A program made the translations under genes and the position numbers. A stretch of 61,465 nucleotides of DNA, filler included, from Sphacelaria rigidula (taxonomy: Eukaryota), in assembly GCA_964200075.2 (NCBI GenBank). It is 6 parts of 6 records of this genome, joined end to end, with 100 filler letters (N's around TTAATTAATTAA, not from the genome) between each part and the next. Parts side by side here need not be neighbours in the genome. Positions count along the whole stretch, not along the records: positions 30,787 to 40,946 come from CAXNAA020007010.1; positions 41,047 to 51,206 come from CAXNAA020007011.1; 4 more parts are not named here. The stretch is one strand, 5' to 3'. Of the stretch, positions 38,111 to 51,206 are shown piece after piece (the stretch's first letter is position 1; each line of letters begins with the position of its first letter). The notes under the pieces were generated by a model. The model worked only from the letters and a program-made list of their open reading frames with translations, was not told where the DNA came from and did not search any database.

Positions 38111-38257
38111 CAGGGCTATAAACGTCACACGTGCCATAGCGTTACGTTTTGGCCGAAACGTGACGTGACCGTTATTTTTTCTTCACGTGATGAACGTGAC
38201 GCTTTTTTTTTTTTTACGTGAGGAACGTAACGTGAACGTGTAACGTGGAAAGCCCTG
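38111..38257. mobile_element. Small CAGGGCT-ended (hAT-like) MITE rich in ACGTG repeats
   Basis: CAGGGCT...AGCCCTG termini between T tracts. A related ACGT-rich element lies at about 31422-31626. Confidence 0.55.
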
Positions 38258-39413
38258 TTTTTTCCACGGTTTGTTGCTTGTTTGGGGTGGACTTTTCAGG
38301 TTTGTGACACTTGATCCAGTGTTTGGCCCTCAAACAGGAAAAATCGCGAGCACATGTCTTGGGCATGCGGCTTCAGCCACCGCGAGGAACCTGGCCCGAT
38401 TTTCCGATTCGCGTGTCACCGGGGTTTCAACGATGGAGAGTTTCGCAAAACGCTTTTTTGTCATTTCAGAGTGTAAATATCTCAGGATAAACGTGTAATT
38501 AAAAATTAGTTCACCCTGCGTCAGATGTGGTATTGTATTCCCCAATATATGTATTTTTCATCGTGTACTCTGATCCTTGGATATTTGCACTCTGAAATGT
38601 AAAGAACAAACAAACAAAAACTCTAAAAAGGTGCCCCTGAAGAAAAATGCGGCTGCAGTTTTCCGTAGTTGCTTGATATTTCGATTTTTCCCCATCGTGC
38701 TCACACTTTTCCATGTCCAGCTGGATGCTTGATCAGAGGCCACTGTCGAATCCTCGGAGCCAGGCGAATCGGAGAAGTGGGCTAGACTTCTCTCGATGGC
38801 GTGGTGCAAAATTGTTAGAGGGTCGGGCGAATGAATGATTCGTCTGGAAAATACTTGATTTTAGTGTAATTATTCGTGCCGTGCGAATCAATCCTTCGTC
38901 CTTGTGTTCAGCGTTGCAACCCAGGCACGTGGGATGGCGGGAAAAAATTGCGTGGAGACCTTTTCCGACCAGCGGCCAACTTTCTTCTCTCTTTCGAGCA
39001 ATCAGGCCTGAAAAATCGCGGATTTTGTGATTGGAACCGGCGATGATGTGTGCGAATTGTGAAAATGTCCAAGACATGTGATGGCGATATTCCCTGTTGT
39101 GGGGGGCAAAAAACGGAATTCATTGTCCCGAAACTCAAAACTCCAACTAGCAAAAAAATGTCAACCGTCAGAAGCGCTGTCAAGCCAGTGTCTTTGCCCA
39201 ATTCTGGCGACGGTCAACTTGGGCTCCGGAGCTGCTGCAGTAGTGTCTCAGGTCTTCTCAGCGTTTTATCTTCAGCTGATGGGTACAGATTGTGTGCTGA
39301 CATCACGGCCGATCACGTGGAGGTTGAGCGTTGAGCATTATGATTGCGGAAGAGCTCCGGGTCGGTTTTGAGCCACGAGTCCCGTCCATTCATGTCGAGC
39401 GTGTCTTGTATGA

Positions 39414-39606
39414 GGACCGTGTCTTCGCACAACTTTTTTCGATCGAAAAAAAGGGCGGCGGAAAACAAATATTCCGATCTTGATGGGTGGTGATTTCAGC
39501 CATCTTCAAAATAAGTACCGATGGTTGAAATCACGACCTATCAGAGCGGAGTTTTCCTTTTTCCACCGCACATTTTCGATCGAAAAATAATGTACGAAGA
39601 CACGCC
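39414..39606. mobile_element. Palindromic MITE, same family as 48973-49161
   Basis: CGTGTCTTCG.AC...TTTTCGATCGAAAA arms at both ends. Confidence 0.7.
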
Positions 39607-39990
39607 ATGTGAGGCCACCCTCGATGAAGGGAAAACGCGCTTCGCGTGACTGGTATTTGCGAGAGATGTGTGGAGATGCAAGTGACTTGCTTTATGATGA
39701 GCTTGTACGATTATGACACGACCTCGATTTTTTTTGTTTTTAATGTGAAGATAGCAGTAGTGTTAACTCACCACTTGGTTGAGTAGAACCTTCCCGAAAT
39801 TTTATTGGTTGATTCGAGTGTAAGCACTGATTTTCGGATCTTCAGCGGGGCTGACAGTTCCACCTGCGCCCTCGCGTGCGCGAAACGCGTTTTCGTCAAA
39901 GCGCCGGTGAGAATTGCCAACGCCACACTTTGCCTATTATAGGGAACGATTTACACACCCATGTCCCGAGGGGTCTCCGTATGTCTTGGG

Positions 39991-40035
39991 TTAGCGTTAG
40001 CGTTAGCGTTAGCGTTAGCGTTAGCGTTAGCGTTA
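39991..40035 (+). repeat. (TTAGCG)7 telomere-variant microsatellite
   Basis: Seven perfect TTAGCG units plus TTA. Confidence 0.9.
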
Positions 40036-40194
40036 TTCAAAAAAAGATGTTTCCGAGAAATTTCGTCATCGACCAAGTGGTATACACCTCGTCGGTAGCG
40101 GCAGCGATAACATCGTGAACACCACCACCAACAACAGCAACAACAACAACATATTCTCCGGCGGTCCGTGCTCTCCCACGTTCACAGTTCCACA

Positions 40195-40946
40195 CGTAGG
40201 ACAGCTCATGAGCTAGCTCATCTACGGGTGGTAGCTCACTTGTAATCAAACATGTACATGTGAGCTACGTCCGATAGCTCAACACAAGGCGAACGTGCGC
40301 TGATGAGCTACGAGTTGGTAGCTCACCCAGGGAAAACATGTGTAGCTCATGCACCTCTCATAGCTCACCCAGGGCAAATATGAGCTGATGAGCTACGAGT
40401 TGGTAGCTCACCCAGGGAAAACATGTGTAGCTCATGCAGCTCTCATACCTCATCCAGGACGAATTTGAGCTGATGAGCTACGGGTTGGTAGCTCACCTAT
40501 CGCAAACGTGCGTAGCTCATACAGCTCTCATACCTCATCCAGGACGAATTTGAGCTGATGAGCTACGGGTTGGTAGCTCACCTATCGCAAACGTGCGTAG
40601 CTCATACACCTCTCATACCTCATCCAGGACGAATTTGAGCTGATGAGCTACGGGTTGGTAGCTCACCTATCGCAAACGTGCGTAGCTCATCCGCTCATAC
40701 CTCGATTTAGAGACCTCCTACCCTCGCGGTCAAAGGGATGGGCAATTGTAGCTCTCATAGCTCTCATAGCTCATCCGGGGCAAACATGTGTAGCTCATGC
40801 ATCTCTTATAGCTCACCCAGGGCAAGTATGTGTAGCTCATGCATCTCCCATAGCTCATCCGGGGCAAACATGTGTAGCTCATGCAGCTCTCATAGCTCAC
40901 CCAGGGCTAATATGAGCTGATGAGCTACGGGCTGGTAGCTCACCGG
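40195..40946. repeat. AGCT-rich minisatellite (85-bp units, then ~39-bp sub-units) running into the scaffold end
   Basis: GAGCTGATGAGCTAC recurs at 40382, 40467, 40552 and 40637 (85-bp period). Confidence 0.9.
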
Positions 40947-42544
40947 NNNNNNNNNNNNNNNNNNNNNNNNNNNNNNNNNNNNNNNNNNNNTTAATTAATT
41001 AANNNNNNNNNNNNNNNNNNNNNNNNNNNNNNNNNNNNNNNNNNNNGACCACGCATCCCTTTCGAGACGGAGCAATTTTTTTTTGTAGGAGGGGGGGGGG
41101 GGGGATTTGAAGTATGACTAGAAACAAGGGCGCGCGTGGTGACATTTTCCAGGAACCGTACCTCCAGAACCCCCAAATCGGTATAACAAGGGAAGGGACC
41201 TGGGCTTCGCATGCTGCTGTGTTATTCTCCACCACGTCACAGTTGTACCAGCGTATTATCCAGAAAAGAAGAGAAAACAAGTGTGCCTGGACGCTGCCCA
41301 ATCCAGGGGAAATCCGGGTCTGCCTCGTACAAATTTTTGAAAGCTCCGTCTTTTGCCCCCTCCACAAACATATGTGATGCCTGGGCACTGCCTGGACCAG
41401 GAGAAATCTGTATTTGGGTCCGCAACAACTGAGATAAATCCGTATTTAGGCTTCGGAATTCGGAGGCGGCGGCTGAGGGGGGGAGAGAAGATAGCTCCTG
41501 GAAGAAACGTTGAAGGCTAGTGATGTGCATGATGCTCCAACAACGATATGATATGATACATGTAATCGTGACATGGATACATTACGATATGTCAAATATC
41601 ATATCCCACATTCCTCGACAACAAGCGCCGAAATTGGCCTGATATGATATTTGTTATCGTGATATATATATATATATATATATAGATTTATTTATATGGG
41701 CTGATACCTGATGCCCACACCCAGTACAGGTCCCCGTGCGCCTAAAAATACAACCACGGTATCATAAGGACTTCCGCCACAATGCGTGAAATAAGGTGCT
41801 GGCCACCCCTGCACTATAGAGGAACTCTCACTGTACTCATTTCATTGCCTTGTATTGATTTCTCTTTATCAATGGATTTTCAACGTGTGGTGAGTCCGGG
41901 AGTATCATATCATTGTCGTTGTACTAGTTATTCGTGTAATGAGTGAATGATTCATTGATCGATCGATTGAATTACCTAACATTAACGGATCCCTAACGAG
42001 TCATAATCCAGTCGCGGTCATTATCCACAAGACAGACCTACGTACCCAAGGCGAACAAAGCGGGAAAAGATCGCTCGGAGAGAAACACGAGAAAGGGAAA
42101 GGACGAGAAAAAAATTATATATATATATATATATATATATTGATTTGATTTGATTTTTTGACGCACTTCAACTGCCCCCCAGGAATCCAGTCGTGGTCAC
42201 ATTAAATATATATAGAACAAATGGAATAAGTTGAAGCAAAAATAACTACAGACGAACAAAATAGAAGGAAAAATAAAAAGGAAAGGAAACACGTGACACA
42301 ACAAACAAAACACAAAAAGTCGTGGTGATTTTGCACTGCCCAGAGTTTGTTTGAGGAGAGGTGACGCGGTGCACAAGTGTTGGTCATGATCCAAGCCGCA
42401 AGACCGAAACGTGAGGTGTGTACCAGGGAGAGATAGGTTGATCCCTTGAGAACACGGACTCATCCCGAAGAAGGAGAAGGGTTTGGGAGTGCGACAAAAA
42501 AAAAAGGAGGAGTACCGCAGCGTTTTTGGTTGCATCATCGTCAC

Positions 42545-44638
42545 CTTAAGCCCAAGTCCCCCTGCGATCGTCCTCGGCTTTGTCTTGCCCTTGTCCACCT
42601 GCTTCAACTCTGCCATCGGGTCGCTCGCGTTGGTCGGCTGGTGAAAAAAATAAAAAAGCGTTCCGTGGCACAGCAAGAAAAGGGTGAGAAAACACACACA
42701 CACACATACACACATACACACACGTACCACACACGAGCAATAATGACATCGAGCGGACTAGTCTTGGTATTTTCCCACATTAGCCCGATTCTCGAACCCG
42801 TGGTCACATACGTAGACGCACCGTTCCAGTACCGTCACCACTATTTCGGACATGAGATAGGAGCGCTTATTGAGCCGCTTCTTCTGAGACTCCAAAACAA
42901 ATGAAACAAAACAAAGAGGGGGGGTCAAAAAAGCAGAAGAGAAGAAGCACTTCCCGGCTTGATATCGGAGGGAATCACGACATGAAGAAATCGCGATATT
43001 CAGGAAAGCGCGTCCCTGCGTTCCTTACGATCCTGAGGCTCCCCAATTCTGGTCCCCTAAGAAACTTCCACGGGGGGAGTTTCCCCCATTTATTGGGTAG
43101 CTTGCTGAAGCTGATCCCTTGCCAAAGAGAGACGACTCTCAGCCCTAAGCAACCTGTGTGCCCCGCACTACTACATCCACGAACCTGGACTCTACAAATA
43201 ACAGCATGAGAATAGCCCTTGCGGTCGCCGGTCTGTCGTGGGAGTATACAGTGTTCTCGAGAAATGTTTGCGATCGTTGTGGGACGTTGTTTGACAAGGA
43301 ACAAATCATAACACATACCCGTGCTACACAAGCAATCGCACCACGCGGGTGGCGCATGGAAATGTTTTTCGAACAGTCCTGTCTTGTTTCAACTCCAATC
43401 AATACTCAACATATATTTACAAGGTTTTCGGCGACTTTCGCCACGTTCAGTTGATCGAAAACTCAAGATACATGGGCATCGGTTATGCTTATGTGCGTTG
43501 CGTACTGGCACATGGTATAGTTCGAAGAAAAAGCCTTGGCTTCTCGTCAGCTGGGCACATTGTGCGTGACCTTACACAAATCTAATCAGAATTCAATCAG
43601 AAATAAATATTTGTGTGGGACGCGCGCACAGCACACGCACACAAAAGGGTCAGCACCCGTTGAGATACTGCCGATCCAAATTAAAAAAAGTAAGTACACC
43701 AATGTTGCATCCGGACACAAATGATCAAACAAAGCTCTCATGTACCGCACAGTAGTAGTAGCAGCAGGAGCAGGAGCAGCTGCAGCAGCAGTGCAGAGAA
43801 AGTAAAAAAAGCAAAGTACAGTTGAGACGATGCGACGTGCGTCCAGGATCAAAACACGCTCGAGGTGTGCAAGTCCTGTGCCGAGAGGTGGGCTGGGTTC
43901 AATGGGGAGCGGTGACACGATCCATGCTCTTGTCTCGTGCCTCCCGGTTCTCAAATGAATACTTCGTATGGTGCCTATTCAATTTTCAAGTAAAAAATAC
44001 ACCGATTCCACAAATGAAGAGCCGTCGAGATCGACGACGGTACCCCCGACGGTCGAAGAGTTCGCGGAGACGTGGACGCAGAAAGTCAAACGGAAACGCC
44101 CCGCAACGCCACAACTTCCTCACGCCATGCAGAACACAGCGCGGGAAACAAATGTTCTCCGCATCCAAGCAGAAAACAGGGCGCCGCTCTAATGTCCGCG
44201 CAGAAAGCAAATGGTACTCCAAACCCAGGCACTCTAATGCCAGTGAACTGCTAAAGGGGGGAGAGGATCAGCAACAAAAAAAAACACTCTAAATCAAGTA
44301 AAATACGAGATGCTAGCGTGTTGATAGGTAGTAGCAGCGCTCGTTGAAGACAACGAGAAGGGAAAAATCAGAGCGGTTTGATTTTGCCACCGCGTGCGTC
44401 ACGACCCATCCAATCGATGGGCCCCATATCGGGAAATCCATGCACCACTCCTCCCCTCGCCGCCAAAACCTCATTCTGGGGTTGGACGGGGGGGGGGGGG
44501 GGGGGGGTCCCCCTTCATGGTTGGATAGGGGGGAGGGTTTTTTTTGTTTTGTACCGGACGGTTTTGCCTGTAATGTGGGAAGNNNNNNNNNNGAAACGCG
44601 TGCCCCCCCCCCCCCCCCCCCCCCAAAACCCCCTTTGT

Positions 44639-44669
<31 letters not shown>

Positions 44670-47600
44670 AACCCCTTGATCGCTGGATGATGGCGATAGT
44701 AGTTTCTGTACTGCACCGCACGTGTTTGCCAGTAACGTCGGCCTGCGCCGGGTGTACCGAAACGCCAGGTGGTAGGGGTAAGTCGAAGCAAGTAGAGAAG
44801 AACATGTCCGCAGGAGCAGGGAGTGAAGATCAAAGTGCTGAGGATGCCGGCGCTGGGAATGTGCCGCAGATTTCAGAAGTCTTGCGAGGGGTGAACGTGA
44901 GGTGGGCGCGCACGCCTGGCACCCACGAGTTTGCATGGATCTGCCCTTGCGGGCATAATATTGATACCACGTTAACTACATTTCATGATTGCCGCTACCT
45001 CGATGTTAGATTATCTTTTTCGCAACACCACGTCCATGACAATCCCCTTTGCAACCTCTCCCTCTCTTGTGTCGCAGTGCAGTATGAATTGCGATATGTA
45101 GATATACGCGTTGTATGAACACGGCTGTCTGCCCAAACGCGGGCAAAGTACGTGATCATCTGCAACTCACACATTGTGCACGTCTATAATATCAGAACAT
45201 TTTCGTGTCGGCTGGTGATACCGCGCAGTCAACTTACTGCATGTACATTTTCAGTCAATCAGTAGCAGTACAAAACTGTTCGTCGTACACCGCCCTCCTT
45301 AGCATGGCGGCCGTGCACTGCGATAGTGCCAGGTCGGTAACAACCGGTCTCGCAAAAGCCAGCGGAACTCAATATTCATTATCCAGTGATCGCCGCGACT
45401 CAAAAGTCATTTTCCAGCCGGCAAATTTGCTCCCATGTCGCCACAAGAACAACTGACACACCAAGACTCCTCGGTTTTGGGTTGCTCACGTTGAGGCGAA
45501 CCCGGACATATCTAAATGACCGTTCAATTCCGTATACTAGTAGACGAATAGGAAGAACAAAGTTTTTCCCAAATCAATTTGGCATTTTCCTCATTCTCGA
45601 CCGCGGGTAGCGGTGGTGCATGGATTTCCCGATTTGGGGCCCCTCGATCCAATGCACGGCACTGGCAGCGGCGGTTTTGGATAATAACTTGTAACACAAT
45701 TATACCGTGATTTCTAATCAATCCTCTTCCACGAGACTGTGATTTGAATCTAGTTCGCTTCATTGCTGTCGTATCGCACACCAAACCCTCATCCTCAGGG
45801 GGGGGGGGGGGGGGGGGTACTTTTGTTGTTGTTGCTCTTTTTTTTGCTTTTTTGCCNNNNNNNNNNCTCAGCCCCTCCGGCGGGGGGGGGGGGGGGGGGG
45901 GTGCGTACTCATGTGTTGCTTGCCTTCGTCGTTTGACCTTTGACCACGCATCCCTTTCTAGACAGAGCACCGTTCCTACCCCTAACAGAGACATGTCCAA
46001 CATTTTGGTGCTCATCATGTTTCTTCCCTACAAACATTACACAAAAACCGCTTGCATATCCTATCCCCGTTCTGTTTCGCCGTCTGTGGCCACCATCTAT
46101 CTCCTAGTATAACCATCGCTTCTTTCCCTACTGTCTACTGCATCAAACGATATCGTGCCACCTTCGTTCACGTTCCGCATACCCCCCTCTAGCACTTCCC
46201 GTTCCTCCTTGCATACTTCACATTATATACCACTATGTGACTTCTGCTCTCTCTTGCTTCGCCACAGGGGCGAGAACGGGGGGGGAGTTGGAAGGGGGAT
46301 CCTCGTACCTTGTAAAATATCAGCTGGACGGGTTCCGCTTTGGACACCATGGGCTCGAAAACACGGAAGGACACGGTCCCTGCCAACGTCCCACAACGAA
46401 CCGCGACAACGAGGAGGAAGCGTTTCTCATTGCGGTGGTACCTTCAAGGAACGTCGTAAGGGATCCAAGAGGGAGAGTCGGTTTGATTGATCGATCTGCT
46501 GGTTGCTTGTCGCACATTGAATCATCCCGCCCTGGCCACTAGCAACATTTGGCAAAAAAACGTGTACCGCGTACAGACAGTATCGGGTCCACGGTCTACT
46601 ACGGTAGACAAATAAATTCGATACTTCAACCCTTTTGGAACCCATTGACAATCTTTGTTTTTGCGAATCGGCATAATTTATTTTCATTTTCAAGTCAAGA
46701 TGATGCCGATTCGCACAAAACAAAAACCGCCAATGGGTTCCCAAAAGGGTAAAGCACCACAGTCTTTTACCAATGAAAATCTCTTGCTCAGGGTGTGGAA
46801 AAGTATCTGTGTCGAAACCAGTACCCGCGGTCAAAGAATAGACGTATCTAAGATGAGAATACGAAAGCACTCGTTTACAGGGAAACTCGACAACGGGGAG
46901 AGAGGTGAAAAAGGAATGAAAAGGGGGAAGAGACAACGGACAGACGAAACTGCAAACAGAAAAAAAAAAGGAAAACCGTGGGAGCATGACCTTCACCATT
47001 TCGTCGTTGAAGAACATAATTTTTAAATTTGGACGTCCTATCCTACAGGAGAAGACCTGAACTTCCGTTTGTTGAGCGCAAAACCGTCCCTTCGTTGCCC
47101 AACCATTTGATAAATCCGCGCACTACAGGAGGGGAGAGGGGGACGGAGGCTGCGGACACACTACAGAATTAAAGCCTCACCTGAGAGTACAGCGATATAA
47201 CGGTAACTGTTTGCAGATCTTATGCTGCATAGTAGCCTAGATCTCGTTCTTCTATAGTCCTGTACAATGCCAATCATATGTTGCCAACACACTTTACTCA
47301 TATAATACTCGTATATTTTCTACCCATACGAAGCAGGTCGCCCCGGTGGCTCAGTTGGTAACATCGAAACCTCCTGACGGTTGGGTGGTTCGAATCTCGG
47401 TGCAGTCACACTATCCGGGACTTTTCTGACACCATGTCCAACAGTGGATAGACCATGTCGTGGGTACACGAAATTCGACTTCACGGGTCGACAAGAGAAA
47501 GGGGCCGCTGAACCGTTCTCGCGATGAAAAAATAAAGGCAAGCACCGCCGAAGGAAGGTGATGAACCAAAAAAAAAAAATGAAAACTCCTGTGTTGGCCT

Positions 47601-47674
47601 TGCTTCTGTGTGACCCTGGCTGCTACGTCCGCATACACCGAAAGGTGTACACTGGCGCGCAGAATACATGCGAT

Positions 47675-47727
<53 letters not shown>

Positions 47728-50498
47728 GTCTAGCGTGAGCTCCATTCGAACACCGCGGTTTCATTAACCCCTTCCTCCACGAGACTATGACTTGAACCCT
47801 GGTTCGTTTCACCAGTGCCGTGCCTGCACCTGCGGCTTCACCCTGCACGAGGAGTGTCACTTAACAACCCGCACAAAATACATCGGGCAAGGTGATCCCA
47901 ACAAACGAGGGTATGTCTACGCACATCAAATAATGTTCGAGCGTGTATAATCGGTTTCAGAAGCTGCAGTAGCAGCAGACCATTGCCACCACTACAGTAC
48001 CAGAGTGATGCTACGATAGGGGTTGCACTTTTCTAGCGAAAACGTTTCTCGGGGTGTTGGACGGGTCATTTTGAGAATCGGCATCATTTTTACTTTAATT
48101 AGACTGGAAAACGATGCCAATTCACGAAAAGGCCCCTGCGTGCATCTCCGTGTCCGGTCCGCGGATATTTGGGTTGCACAGTAAGCCCCGCATATTTGGG
48201 CTTCTTCAAAAAAGAGACCCGGGAACTAAAGTGCAATCTCTATCATAGCATGGCTCACCACTAGCCACCAACATTCCCACTACTACTACTACTACTACTA
48301 TTACTACTACTACTGCTACTGCTGCCTCTAGCACTACCATAACCAACAACGTGCTCGCTTTGGTCTACTCACCAAATGAAGCCACCACCACCACCACCAC
48401 CACTCCACAAAACAAATATGTAGCGATACAAGAGCGCAAGAAAACATCTCACCGTTGTTAGGAAAAATCTCGGCGTTGGACACCTCCGACAAGAGATATC
48501 CCTCATATTTATACCACCTATTGAGGATCTCCGCGCATGCCTTGATCCTGTCGGCTGACGCCTGCATCAAACAAAAAGTGTCCACAAAATACGACAAGAA
48601 AAAAAGAAAGCTCGTAATCCTGTAATCCTGCTACGTGATGGTCATTTTCGGAGCTGTTTATCCCCACAACTAACTTCAAGTGACTTGGACCTATTTCCGC
48701 GTGCCGTCTGTCATCATCTACCTCCCGACCTACTTGTCAGTTAACTTACTTCGTAAGTTCCCTATTTGCTTCTTTTTTTTTAACTCCTCACGCTGTCTGT
48801 CTACAAGATCGAGTCCCATGCATATCCTTCTTTCCCCACGATACTCGGTTTTCCTTCCGCGGTGTGTTTCCGACTGTATTCCACTCGGGGGGGCATACAG
48901 TAAGTGCCGTGCATCGATCATGTGTCAACACAGCTATGGTAGTCTTTTTTTCTTTCATCAAATAGTGAATTAGGGCGTGTCTTAGCACCTTGATTTTCGA
49001 TCGAAAATGTGCAGTGGGAAACAAAAATCTCGATCTGATAGGTCGTAATTTCAACCATGATCAAAAATCTTGAAGATGGTTGAAATTACGACCTATCAGA
49101 TCGAGATTTTTGCTTTCCGCCGCACAATTTCGATCGAAAACCAATGTGCTAAGACGCGGCCTCACTTTGTATGGGAGACGAGCAGTCAAGTGAACGACTC
49201 CATCAATCGACCTGGCCCATCAATACCAATCGAGCAGTCAAGAAATCAATCACCTCCCTGCCCAGCAAGCCGCTCCTGACGGCAGCCGAGGCCAGCACAT
49301 CTCTGGGGATGATGCTCTCGTCCACCACCACGTCCGCCACAAGCACCTATGCAAGGGTCGGGCAAATCATCGCCGGTTCGAACAAACAAATGTACGTTCT
49401 TCTGATGCCTGATATCTCGAAAGAGGAAAAGACAACGTTGACCGCGGATCAAACAAATCTCTACGCACTTCTTGCATTATTCCACGAGTATGGATTGCGC
49501 ATGCCTGGGATGCGACGCTGAATTTATAAGCCCGAGGATTGACTCGCACGGTACGAATCAATTACACAGCAACAAGTGATTCTCAGACGATTAATTTTAT
49601 CGCCCGTATGTTGAATATCACCCCCTCTCCTCCCCCCCCCCCAGTACCACCTCCGGGTGATGAATTTGGGTCTTTTCGGCACCGCCTTTCGCGGATTTTC
49701 GGCACCGTACCGGCGCAGTACGGACCCACCACAGTGCAGTATTTCTTATGGTCCCATCTATCCGCAATACTAATATCAAGTAGTTGTACTACACCACTCT
49801 AGTGCGGTCCCAGCATAGTGCGGTCACTTCTTGTAAGTTCAATTCGCTATACTAATACCTAGTAGTTGCACTATACCACTCTAGTGCGGTCCCGACATAG
49901 TGCGGACACTCCTCGTAAGTCCAATCCACTAATCTAATATTAAGTAGTTGCACTATACCACCATAGTGCAGGGCCCCAGTATAGTGCGGGCATGCCGGAC
50001 TGACAACCCACCGCACTATACTCAGATCCCCAGTGAATTTTGTTGGGTAAAATTGTATACCAACCCCCTTACAAACTACCCCCGAGTGATCGGTTTCCAG
50101 GCTCCAAAAAGTCATGAAACAGGGGGTGGTCAATACCGTGTTCTACGGTACTTAGTGAGCTCATATCATGGCGTATCAATCACTCCCACGACTCATCAAA
50201 TACATTACAGGGTTTCGCGCTTGGTGATTGATTGCGAATCTGGTCCGGCGAAAACCCGGCGTGCTCTGTCCCGTATTTTTAGGGATGCAAAGTCAATGGT
50301 CATATGACGACATGCATGATCATGAGTACACCCCCCTCCCAAGGCAAGCTACAAATGAATATGCCCTTTCTCCCCCCCCTCCCGTGATAAAAGTGTGATA
50401 ATCCCTTGTTCGTGCTGTTTCATGCTCACCTTCGGCATCTCCCCTTGCCCCTCGTTCGTATCCTGAATTTCACCGCCTTCTGAGTCGGGAGCCAAGTC
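42545..50498 (-). CDS. Fragment of a multi-exon gene of unknown function (probable exons 50430-50498, 48453-48561, 46309-46441, 42545-42637; others not resolved)
   Basis: Each exon has a pyrimidine-rich AG acceptor, a GT donor and an open frame: DLAPDSEGGEIQDTNEGQGEMPK; ASADRIKACAEILNRWYKYEGYLLSEVSNAEIFPNN; YHRNEKRFLLVVAVRCGTLAGTVSFRVFEPMVSKAEPVQLIFYK; PTNASDPMAELKQVDKGKTKPRTIAGGLGLK. The first two join in phase 0. At least one linking exon is missing. Confidence 0.5.
47336..47726 (+). mobile_element. Full-length tRNA-derived SINE with (CA)n tail
   Basis: A box TGGCTCAGTTGG at 47347-47358 and B box GGTTCGAATC at 47387-47396. A conserved body ends in about 25 CA units. Confidence 0.85.
48973..49161. 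mobile_element. Palindromic Tourist-like (PIF/Harbinger) MITE
   Basis: TTA|GGGCGTGTCTTAGCAC ... GTGCTAAGACGCGGCC|TCA with near-complete fold-back. A truncated copy is at about 30557-30605. Confidence 0.8.
49780..50022. repeat. Degenerate ~83-bp tandem repeats (AGTAGTTGCACTATACCACTCTAGTGCGGTCCC...)
   Basis: Units start at about 49779, 49861 and 49943. Confidence 0.7.
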
Positions 50499-50584
50499 CT
50501 GCCAGCGGTCAACAGTAGTAAGACAAGCACGCAGATGCCGGCTCCGTCATCATGTACCGCAAATGGGCGACGGTCTTGATCACT

Positions 50585-50943
50585 GTGTGTGTTGCGTTGT
50601 TGTCCCATCTTTTCTGGACACCGGTCTACACCTTTCGGTATATGTGGGCGCACCAGCCGGGATCACACAAGAGGATGGTCAACACAGAAGTTTTTCTTTT
50701 TTATTTGTTTTTAGTAACCCGTCCTCCTTCTGTGGCGCTTGCCTTTTATTTCTGTATCGCGAGAGGGGTTCAGCAGTCCCTTTCCCTTGTCGATCGTCAA
50801 GTCGAATTTTGTGTACCCACGACATAGTCGCTCTCTACTCTTGGGCATGGTGTTAGAAAAAATCCCAGATCGCTCCGAGATTCGAATCCACGACCCACCC
50901 GTCAAAAGATCTCGAGGTTAACAACTGAGCCACCGGGGCAACC
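50585..50943 (-). mobile_element. tRNA-derived SINE copy
   Basis: Reverse-complement match to 47336-47726, including the A and B boxes. Confidence 0.8.
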
Positions 50944-51109
50944 GCTCGATTACTGGTATGTGGAATAACACCTCCTCAAGAGTAGCATCCCGCGTGATCC
51001 CGTTTCGTCTATTTCTGGTTGGTACGCGTGTTCTCTTGTGACCACGGCGGGATTAATGGCGGTTCGGTCAATCTACGACAATCAATCGACCAATCAAGCC
51101 ACCAACCAA

Positions 51110-51206
51110 CAGTGTTGTGAACCGAAAACCGAAAATTCGGTTTTCGGTCGGTTTTTGCCAACCGAAACCGGGTTTTAAAATTCGGTTTTTCGGTTGCCAA
51201 AAACCG
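51110..51206. mobile_element. CAGTGTTG-ended MITE, truncated at the scaffold end
   Basis: Reverse complement of 1-109. Confidence 0.65.

Noticed and set aside
40299..40680. Repeated CTGATGAG plus stem-loop, suggesting tandem hammerhead ribozymes
   Set aside because: The stem is followed by TCAC rather than the required GAAA, and stems I and III are not evident.
44313..46112. Long Pro/Gly-rich ORFs in the track
   Set aside because: They arise from G/C homopolymers and N gaps within repeats.
47336..47410. tRNA gene
   Set aside because: A and B boxes are present but there is no convincing cloverleaf, and it is attached to the same downstream body in other copies, so it is a SINE head.
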